This document shows, in pieces, positions 1-8,671 of a DNA stretch of 64,000 nucleotides. This DNA is from Phyllobates terribilis (Eukaryota). Positions within the stretch are counted from its first letter, which is position 1. Each line of letters begins with the position of its first letter. A program made the translations under genes and the position numbers. Below the pieces are notes generated by a model that searched no databases, had not been told where the DNA came from, and saw only the letters and a list, made by a program, of their open reading frames with translations. The DNA lies in contig NW_027362763.1 of the NCBI RefSeq assembly GCF_046119375.1, forward strand, positions 72,168,001 to 72,232,000. Reading direction: 5' to 3'.

Positions 1-51
1 GAGATAGTGAAGCCTTGTTGTAATGCCTTTTAATAGGGTGACTGTACTTAC

Positions 52-125
52 TTCCCAGTAGACGGTGTCATCATAGCAGTTCTCATCAGGTGGTGGCCCC
101 CAGAATGGACATTTTAAGATGAAGC
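52..125 (-). CDS. RHAG: RHAG exon 9, copy 1 ([25 protein letters not shown])
   Basis: 74 bp, ttttag|GCT...GAA|gtaagt; matches the RhAG LILKLP.WG.P.D.NCYDD.VYW motif. Confidence 0.95.
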
Positions 126-538
126 CTAAAAAGTAGGGCACAAAACAACAGAGAAATGAAGGCCAGAAAAATAACTTTAGAAATATATTAAAAAAAAAAA
201 AAAACCTTCATGAACAAAGCTGGTTTTTGGACCTAAATTGATATTCCTAACTTAGACATTTATGGAATATTCACGAGATATGCCATAAATGTGTGCTGGA
301 TGCAAGGGAATGTGGTCTGCTGACTCCACTGTGCCAATTCCAGGCTATAACACTCTCCATGGAGATGTGACTGCACTCAGACCCCCACTGTGGAGAGAAC
401 CGAATACAGCATACTGGATCCATGGATCCTAAAATTATGCTCAATCTTAGACCTATAAATCCCATTATAAAAAAGCCCATTGAAAATGTCATCATATACA
501 GTAAGGGATCACTTAAGATGATGCTCTCTATTACACAC

Positions 539-612
539 CTGTGATGACGCCTCCAGCAATAGCGATAGCGAAGGTTGCGGCTAACGCAGCTCCTTGATAA
601 ACAGGATAATAG
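539..612 (-). CDS. RHAG: RHAG exon 8, copy 1 ([25 protein letters not shown])
   Basis: 74 bp, ttccag|CTA...CAG|gtgtgt; last TM helix, in frame with exons 7 and 9. Confidence 0.92.
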
Positions 613-773
613 CTGGAAAATGTAAAAAATATTGTTATTATGCAGCAATTGAGTTTTTTTGCATAAAAATTGATTGTATTGGACTGTTATATGTACAGGT
701 TTGACATCAGCCCCAGGGATACCAGGGTAGATTTCATGTCTGTTTGGGCTTGGAGATTTAATGGGAATCTTAA

Positions 774-1218
774 AGGGAATCTATCAGAAGGTTTTTGCTA
801 TTTCTTCTGAGAGCAGCATAATATAGAGCAAGAGATCCTGATTCCAGGGATATGTCACTTATTAGGCTGTTTGTTGTAGTTTCCATACAATTAGGGTTTT
901 ATCGCCAGGAAATTATCACTGACTAACTATGTCTCACATGCACAGCAGTCCAGCTAATATTTCTAACCCCGCCACCACCATTGATTGGCAGCTTGCTGAC
1001 AGTGTACACAAGAAGCTGCAAATCAGTGATGTGGGTGGGGTTATGCACAGTTCAACATTTTGAGCACTGTTAGATCTGCAGCAGAAAAAACAGGGACGCT
1101 ATCAAAACTGCACCAGGCAGCACGGTAAGTGACACATCACTGGAATCACAGTCTCTTGTCCTATATTATGCTGTTCTCAAATTTACGTACTATGCAAAAA
1201 TTCATTGACAGATTCCGT
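774..1218. mobile_element. T2-family (Kolobok-type) MITE; also 27578-28022 and 56166-56610
   Basis: TTAA on both sides; termini AGGGAATCTATCA / TGACAGATTCCGT. Confidence 0.85.
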
Positions 1219-1574
1219 TTAAACATAGAAAAACAAATATCTGTAGATAAATCTTTGTATTTAACCTGCTGTCAAATGCTTTACAAAAAAATCTGTCTCT
1301 ACTGCCACCTTTTATTGTTAGACTTAACAGAGAGCTAATTTGCATATCTTTTCCCATAATGCTCTCAAAATCAATTTTATCACCACAAGGAGAAGCAATA
1401 CCCCCTCCACCCCATGCCCGAGAGCTTAGATGGAGGCTTTATAATTAAGAGATATAAACATGAAGGTGAAATAAAGTAAATATCAAATAATTTATGATTA
1501 AAGAGTGATAAAAAGAAGAATAATTAATGATATATATTTACATTAATTTGGCCATACATGTGCTTGTTAATAAA

Positions 1575-2135
1575 AAAGAGCAAAGGGAGGAAAAAAATGC
1601 TAATGAGCCAAAACAATAATCGATGTAGAAAATGAACCTTTATTAAATAAAAACAATTATGGACTCGGCATGAGTCCAACTGTAAAAGAAAGACGTCACA
1701 TACGGGAGGTGAGTGTAGTAGGGCTGTAAACTAATTAACATAAGTAAAATAATCAGTGATAGTGAGTCAACTTACAAACCGCATACCCATAATTGTCCTC
1801 TTCTGCTGGAATGATGCCAGCACCGAAGTGCGTTTCGCTCATTGCCTTCATCTGGGGGTGGTGGTGCCACCCCAGCAAAAAGTTGTAGAAATATGAATCT
1901 CTGCTAATCAAACTTCTATATTTTGGAGTCATTTGGCCTTATATGCAATTTGTAGTCATGAGTCTAGTCCCAAACTGCCTTCAGCATCATGAGGCGAGAA
2001 GCATGGTGGCTACATGAACACAATTTGTCATGATGCCTTTAATTTAATGTTGTTCTCATTCTAAGAGCATGATTGTTTTTATTTAATAAAGGTTATTGAT
2101 TATTTTTTTGGGCTCATGAACATTTTTGCTCTTTT
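1575..2135 (-). mobile_element. Degenerate Penelope-like relic with hammerhead remnant (1821-1860), intron 7; repeated in copies 2 and 3
   Basis: Imperfect inverted repeats at about 1575-1660 and 2065-2135 flank ccccAGATGAaggc-aatga-gcGAAAC on the minus strand. Boundaries approximate. Confidence 0.5.
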
Positions 2136-2343
2136 GTGTTTCCCTTTTGGTTTGCCCTATACTTAGTCCTTTATTACATACCCTTAATTATATGTCACCA
2201 GACTTTCTACTATTTCTATAGTTTATTTTTTTTCCTAGAGAGCTTATTTGATTTATTCAGTGCACTTTAAATCCATGAGGAGATATGTCTGAATGCCGAA
2301 ATGATCAAAAATAATTTTTAGCATTGGAAGGAGAATTACTCAC

Positions 2344-2465
2344 TTGGGTTTTGCTCCGAGGGCTGTGGCCACAATGCCTGCGATCCCACCCATAATTCCT
2401 GGTAAACCGTGAAGATTGTGCACTCCGCATGTGTCCTGAACCCTGAGCTTGGAAGCAAAAATTGG
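2344..2465 (-). CDS. RHAG: RHAG exon 7, copy 1 ([41 protein letters not shown])
   Basis: 122 bp, ttttcag|CCA...AA|gtgagt; [13 protein letters not shown] motif with the second pore His. Confidence 0.97.
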
Positions 2466-2654
2466 CTGAAAGAGATAATGGGGATGAGAACAAAGTTAAT
2501 AAAGAGCAATTTTACGTAATGAAGTACTGAGCCAAATATTGTAGGGATCGGGGTAAAATTTGCATTCATAAAGTGAGCAACAAATGTCACCATTATTGTA
2601 CTTCTAAGAAACAAGCCTAAGACTTAATCAATGAAAATTTAGGTGTCAACTTAC

Positions 2655-2792
2655 AGTTAAGAACTTGAATCCCAGGGTAGAGATTATTCCTGCAATGAAC
2701 CCAATAATCATTGCGCCAAAGGGTCCAATGTTCATGTCAGCGCAGGTTCCTACCGCTACACCTCCGGCCAGAGTGGCATTCTGGATATGGAC
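2655..2792 (-). CDS. RHAG: RHAG exon 6, copy 1 ([46 protein letters not shown])
   Basis: 138 bp, tccag|GTC...ACT|gtaagt; [12 protein letters not shown] Rh signature. Confidence 0.97.
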
Positions 2793-3319
2793 CTGGATGG
2801 AACAAGTCAATGAGTGTGAGACCCCAGGCTTGCTGATTATTTAGATATCATCATGGTTGATATGTCACAATTTATTTTTCAAGGCACTAGTTTTCAAAAA
2901 TGTGAATTTAGTAATTATAGATGTCACTCAAGATTCCATTTTTAGAAGGATGGAATCCCATAACTTCTACTGCACAGTCAAACTTCTGTTGTGGCCAACA
3001 GGGAATAGGAAGCATTGGAGAGTCAAACTGGATCCACTATAGTCTACAGTTAAGGGGAGATTGAGCCAGTGTGAGATAGGAAGAGGTAGGGATATCCTGA
3101 TTTTTTTGGGATAAAAAAAAATTATGGGTAAAATTGCATAAAAAGAAAACATTCCCAGTACTGTAGAAAAACATATACATGTGAGAGCTTTTCCTAAATG
3201 TTTCAGATTACATCTCAGTCCTTACTCAGATTCCGTCCGAAACATGTAGGAAAAGCTCTACACACAACATAAGAGCGAGGGTGGCTTGTTTTTCTAAAAA
3301 AAAGTAGGGGGATCTCTGT

Positions 3320-3712
3320 GAACAGCATAATGTAAGGGCAGAGACCCTAATTCCAGTGATGTATCACTTGTTGGGTTGCTTGGTGTAGCTTTGGCAAAAT
3401 CACTGTTTTATCAGAAGGAGATTATCACCATATAGCTCTCAATATTCATGAGCTTTGAATAACCCCGCACCACCACTGATTGGTAGCTTTCTGCCTATGC
3501 ACAGTGTACACAGAAAGGTGCCAATCAGTCGTGAGGGCGGGGCTATACACAACTCAGAATTTAGAAAACTGGTAGATCTGCAGCAGAGGAAGCAGGAATT
3601 TTATCAAAACTGCAGCAAGCAGCCCCACAGGTGATACATCGCCATAATCAGGGTCTCTGCCACTACAACATAACCCTTTTTACAAAGCAAAAAACCTGCT
3701 TAAGGATTCATT
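3320..3712. mobile_element. T2-family MITE with decayed left end; also about 30124-30516 and 58712-59104
   Basis: Interior resembles 774-1218; right end agcaaaaaacctgcttaaggattcatt-TTAA. Left boundary approximate. Confidence 0.65.
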
Positions 3713-3800
3713 TTAAGTCTGTCTGACTAAGCTCTAAATATTATATATAAAATGTGTAGGGATCAGTAAGAATTGTGACATTATTTATGCAGTTTCTTAC

Positions 3801-3967
3801 CATATCAAACTTTCCTTTGTGTTCAACCAGACTGGAGAAGGCATAGGCAGTGAGCACACAGGCCGCCAGTGAGAAGTAGGTGTTAATAATGGCCATTTCC
3901 TGATCTGCTCCATGTTCGGCAATGGCAGAGTTGAAGCTTGGCCAAAACATCCACAGAAAGAGGGTTC
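3801..3967 (-). CDS. RHAG: RHAG exon 5, copy 1 ([56 protein letters not shown])
   Basis: 167 bp, ttttcag|GA...ATG|gtaaga. [13 protein letters not shown] and [13 protein letters not shown] match RhAG better than RhBG/RhCG. Confidence 0.97.
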
Positions 3968-4398
3968 CTGAAAATACATGAGTTTTCGACAACAATAACA
4001 TCTTTGTGAGTGAATTTCATTGCTTTATAAACGATATATTGATTGATTAATTTATACATTCATTCATTCTGTTAATTTATAAAAAAAAAACTGACAGCAG
4101 AGGAAAAAGAGTGTGCTGATCTTGTGGGGGAAGTGACCTTTTTCACAAATGTGGTTCTTTGAAGACATGGTTGAATATGAAAGGGACAATTCCAAAAAAA
4201 TGTGAGTGGTTACAATATAATTTACCCAGTGAAACTATAGAAATTGTTGTATTCTGATCTTACAGGAGAAAGTGACCTTTTCTGTAGAAAATAAGGTTAC
4301 ATATCACAGTGGCAATTTTGAGGCAGGAATACAATATGCTGAAGGCATAACATAAATAACTGTAGCTGCAACAGATGAGTTTACTGATCTTGCAGAAG

Positions 4399-4892
4399 AT
4401 GAACAGGGAAGAGCCACAAGGCTCAAAAAATGAGTGATCCAGCCTTTGTCAAGGGGTGTTCAAGGGGTGGAGACTATGTTCACACCCCTTGACAAAGGCT
4501 TGTTTGCCGAAACGCGCGTCGGGGCTGGCGCGCATGTGGCAGTGACTGAAGGGTAATCTATCCATTGACAGGTAGACTATGTTTCCGATATATGTCTGTT
4601 ATAAGTATAATATGTGAAGTAGTCATCAATTATGTACCTGTCATGGTAGTGATATCTAATGTGATTATATTTACCATACTTTAGATACTTACCCTTTGGA
4701 GTTTCAATTAACTTTTTCTCCCTTAATTACTGAGCGACTGTTTCCACTGTGAGCCCTATTTTAAATACACTCTGTGTTTTCTGTGTGTGTTCATACACTT
4801 ACTTTGTTATCATGTAATAAAATCTAGATATTTTGATACCATATTGTGCTGGATCACTCATTTTTTGAGCATTGTGGCTCTTCCCTGATCAT
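4399..4892 (+). mobile_element. Penelope-like pseudo-LTR insertion with inverted terminal copy; also about 31203-31696 and 59792-60285
   Basis: 45-bp inverted repeats 4399-4443 / 4848-4892 (2 mismatches), internal hammerhead motif, AATAAA at 4816-4821. Confidence 0.7.
4485..4524 (+). ncRNA. Minimal type I hammerhead ribozyme motif; also 31289-31328 and 59878-59917
   Basis: CCCC-UUGACAA-a-GGC(uuguuu)GCC-GAAA-CGCGCG-UC-GGGG. Stems I and II close, stem III is palindromic, GUC site at 4518-4520, core carries U3/A8 instead of C3/G8. Confidence 0.7.
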
Positions 4893-5710
4893 ATATCCCC
4901 TTATGATGATCCTCCTACAATTGAGGTCCTAGGTGGGCAGAGATGAAGTGCAACAAGTATGTTATAATAATATTGCCTAAATCTGTCAGATATCTCTCTC
5001 TGATCTTGCAGAAGGCAGTGGCCATTTCACTCACACAAGTACATGTGACAGTCACAAAATCAAGAAATGGGCAGGGAGGTATATTGTACCAAATTACTTC
5101 TCTATGGGAATTATTGTAGCAGCGGGAGATTAGTGATCTGATTTTATTGAAGGCAGTGACCAATTCACTCACGTGGTAATATGTGACAGGCTTAATATCA
5201 AAAAATGGTCAATGAAAGCATATACTCTATTCAATAAAACTATGGGAATTATTGAAGCAGCGGAAGGTTAATGTTCTGATCTTGTAGAAGGCAGTGACTG
5301 CTTTACTCATGTAGCCTTATGGGACAGGTATAGTATCAAGAAATCGCAGGGGAAACATATACTGTGTCCAATGAAACTATGGAAATTATTGTAGCATCTG
5401 GGGATTAATTTTCCACCCTTGCAGTAAACAAGTGATGGTAATTTACAAAGCTAAATACAGTTATGTGGCTTAGCAGAAAAGAGTGTGGTTTAGTGAGAAA
5501 GGGATGTGATTTTAATTTTTACTTTGCTCAGGCAAGATTATTAAACCTGCCTCCGTGACTTTTCTAATCTTTTGGTTATGTGACAGTTTCAAAAAGCAAG
5601 CAGAAATAAAATATGCTGTAGCCAATAAGAGCGTGAAAATTATTAAAGCAGCAGAAATGAGTATTCTGATAATATGGGCAGCAGTGACCATCGCACTCAT
5701 GTGATTGTGT

Positions 5711-6163
5711 ATTTAAAGACATACTGTTTGTATAGTTTTGAGAAGTAGATAGTGATCAAATATGCTATAGCTCACAAGACCATGGAAATTAATATAGCAG
5801 CAGGAGATGATTGTTCTGATTATATGGGAGGCAGTGACCAGTGATTTTATGGTTGTGTATTTAAAGACATACTGTTGGTAAAGTTTTGAGAAGTAGATAG
5901 TGATCACATATGCTATAGCCCATGAGACCATGGAAATTAATATAGCAGCAGGAGATGATTGTTCTGATTATATGGGAGGCAGTGACCAGTGATCTTGTGG
6001 TTGTGTATTTAAAGATATACTGTTGTTATAGTTTTGAGAAGTAGATAGTGATAAAAATATGTTATAGCCCATGAGACCATGTAAATTAATATAGCAGCAG
6101 GAGATGATTGTTCTGATCTTAAGGGAGGCAGTGACCACTCCAACCTTGTGGTTAGGTATTTAA
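5711..6163. repeat. About 148-bp tandem repeat in intron 4 (3 young units; degenerate units of about 139 bp extend back to about 4100); also 32515-32967 and 61104-61556
   Basis: atttaaag recurs at 5711, 5859, 6007, 6158; ctgat...gcagtgacc-like motifs recur from about 4116 to 5690. Confidence 0.9.
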
Positions 6164-6421
6164 AGGGTGCACAGCTTCAGGAGACCACAGCTTCAGGGGC
6201 ACAGCCCCTGCCTCCCAGCTTCCTACTTTTTGGGCTTCCAGTATGGTTGAGCCTCTGGCCTGAATTGTGCACTCTATTTAGCAGCGATTGAACCAAAATG
6301 AAATTGCTTGCAGTCCATTCTTGAAAATGGAGAGAAATTTTAATAAGAGATAAATTGCAAAGTTGCTTGGTTTTACAAGAAGGTTCAGATTTTACCCATT
6401 TATTAGGATAGGACAGCCCCT
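6164..6421. mobile_element. T2-type MITE inserted at a TTAA inside the intron-4 repeat; also 32968-33225 and 61557-61814
   Basis: TTAA at 6160-6163 and 6422-6425; right end GGACAGCCCCT; the repeat unit resumes after it (agagatactgtg...atatgctatagcc). Confidence 0.75.
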
Positions 6422-7640
6422 TTAAAGAGATACTGTGTGTACAACAGAAAGTGATAGAATATGCTATAGCCAATCAAACCAGGGAAAAAATGAATGATCT
6501 GATCTGAACTTTCTGGGGAAAATGACAGCATGTTGCTTGTTAGTAAGGACAGGGATGCAGGTGATGGGTTGGAACAGTTCAGAATGATTACTTTGGATCC
6601 CCCGGGTCCTTTCATCACACATTAACAAAATAACTTCACTTAATGACCATATGAACTTTAGATTTCACTAATAATTAAAATGTCGTGATTACCCTGACTC
6701 AGATTCATGTACCTGGGAAAGGGCTACAGCAAGACAAACAAAGGTGTACAAGAACGCTTGGCGAAACGTCAAGTATTAGATTGTGACCTTTTGTTTTACT
6801 TTCTGTGACTCTCCAGCCAAGCTGTCTTTCTAAAGAGCATGGTCTGGAGAGTTTTTATTAATTTTAAAGGAATATTCAATTGTCCTCAAATAAGGCGTAT
6901 TCATTGTAAAATAAAAAGTTATAGAATTTTCCAATATACTTTTTTAAAAAAAAAATTCCCATGGCATCGCCATGATGACAATATGTCAAATATGTCCATT
7001 TTTGTTGCTGATTTGTAATGATTATTTTGTTTTTACAAAGAGCAGTAAGAATTATTATTACAGCTGTTTTTCATTTTTTTTTTGTTACTTCAAAAGGAAA
7101 ACAAACCTATGACTTTTATTTTACCTCTACTATACAAGTATGCAAATTATATAAGAGATGTATTGGTACATAGAAATGTAAAGCTGCTGCCTGCCAAGCT
7201 ACAGGTTGTGAGTTTGAATCCTGTGGAAAACCTTCAAAAACAAATTGCAGAAACTGTTTAACTGCACGTACATTTCATTGCATGTCGTTTGTTCAATTTT
7301 CCAATAAATTGCATAGTAGAATGACTGGTGTCATCCAAAACTACAACTCGTCCTGCAAAAATATGCAAGCCTTCAATATGGCAATGTTGATGGAAAAACA
7401 AAGTTATGTATCTTGAAAGAAGGTTGGAAAAAAACAAAAGCACAAAAATGAAAAAATGCTCTAAACTAAGGGTTAAAATCTCGGTCATTAAAATCCTTTT
7501 TTAAAGTGTTTTTGCGCTTTTTTTTTTTTTTTCCTTCCTATCTTCCCATTGGCGTCCGACTATCTCTGACTACTTGGGTGGAGGGTGGACAGTGACTTAG
7601 TGACTTACAAAATAAAGATTTGTACATTTAGTTACTTTAC

Positions 7641-7788
7641 CAATCATTGCAAATAAATCAGAGTGATAAACAGAGCCTTCATGTTCATGTCCTTTTTTCA
7701 GTCCAGATCGATACAGTACAGCCGAAGCAGCCAGCCCGAAATAAGCTCCAAATGCATGGATGACCATAGATGCACCAATATCTGTCGC
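7641..7788 (-). CDS. RHAG: RHAG exon 4, copy 1 ([49 protein letters not shown])
   Basis: 148 bp, ttgcag|GCG...ATTG|gtaaag; [16 protein letters not shown] motif with the first pore His. Confidence 0.97.
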
Positions 7789-8242
7789 CTGCAAGATAAA
7801 AAGATTGGATGATGTTATATTTAAAGGGAATTTCCACTGAGACACATATCATTTATATACACATAATGCGCATTAAGAAGCAGAGTCACTATGAAAACAC
7901 CGTGCATTTCTGATCCTGAAATACAAATTGTGCTCTACTCAAGAGCTGCATTTACAATTCTGCAGTTTTCAGAACTGAAATCTCACAGCATTCCCTGTTG
8001 ACTACAGAGAGGATTATCTAGTGCATGGTTACATACATTAATCTATAAGACTATCGACATAAAAATATTATACAGGTTCAGACCATCATTGAATATTGAA
8101 AAATTATTTATAGAAAATGTTTAAAAATATAGAGAAAAATGTAGTCACAATGTCTACTATAGTATATTGATATAAATAGTACTGCCTCCAAATATCAGAA
8201 TGATGTATAGATAGCATTTTCTCACTGTCTTTCCAAATGAAT

Positions 8243-8671
8243 CATGTAGGCACAGATAGTACTGACTCCTTGTTTCTTTCTGTTTATCATGTAGGCACAG
8301 ATACAACTGAATTCATGTTTCTATTTTTATATAATGTAGGCACAGATAAAACTGACTTCTTTGCTTCTTTTTGTGTATTATGTAGGGAAAGATACAGCCA
8401 ACTCAGTACTGACTCCTTGTTTCTTTCTATTTATCATATAGGCACAGATACTACCAACTCCCTGTATCTTTATATATATCATGCAGGCACAGATTCAACT
8501 GACTCCCTGACCCTTTTTTCCATATCATGTAGGCACAGAGACAATTCACACCGTGTATATTTCTGTATATGATGTAGGCACAGACACAGCTGACTCTCTG
8601 TCTCTTTCTATATATCATGTAGGCACAGATATAACCAACTCCTTGTATCTTTTTTAATATCATGTAGGCAC
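8243..8671. repeat. About 45-bp minisatellite (core catgtaggcacagat), about 10 units, intron 3; also 35048-35476 and 63634-64000
   Basis: Core at 8243, 8288, 8333, 8379, 8435, 8480, 8526, 8571, 8616, 8661; the last unit is cut at catgtaggcac by the hAT end. Confidence 0.95.

Larger units (their letters stand above)
52..7788 (-). pseudogene. RHAG: RHAG copy 1: exons 4-9, 5'-truncated duplicate, frame intact (exon 10 would lie left of the window)
   Basis: Six exons with GT-AG sites. Upstream on the minus strand lie only transposons and the 3' end of copy 2; no exons 1-3 found. Confidence 0.85.

Noticed and set aside
271-648. 125-aa ORF overlapping exon 8
   Set aside because: Different frame from exon 8 and runs through intron; not a separate gene.
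5711-6163. Common origin of the two 148-bp repeats (intron 4 and hAT-B)
   Set aside because: Same period but no sequence similarity on either strand by eye.
6745-6775. Third hammerhead-like string (acaagaa-cgc-ttg-gcgaaacgtc)
   Set aside because: The CUGA core is absent and stem I does not close; possibly a Penelope remnant, but too decayed to call.
7204-7222. ggttgtgagtttgaatcc, B-box / tRNA-like
   Set aside because: No cloverleaf or A-box; at most a decayed SINE fragment.
7960-7995. GAT TTC AGT (DFS) on the minus strand resembling RHAG exon 3 (NADFS)
   Set aside because: The flanking residues do not match exon 3, the frame soon stops and no splice sites fit; it looks like a repeat fragment.
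8237-8663. ORFs with repeated HVGTD motif
   Set aside because: Translation of the 45-bp minisatellite; no family resemblance.
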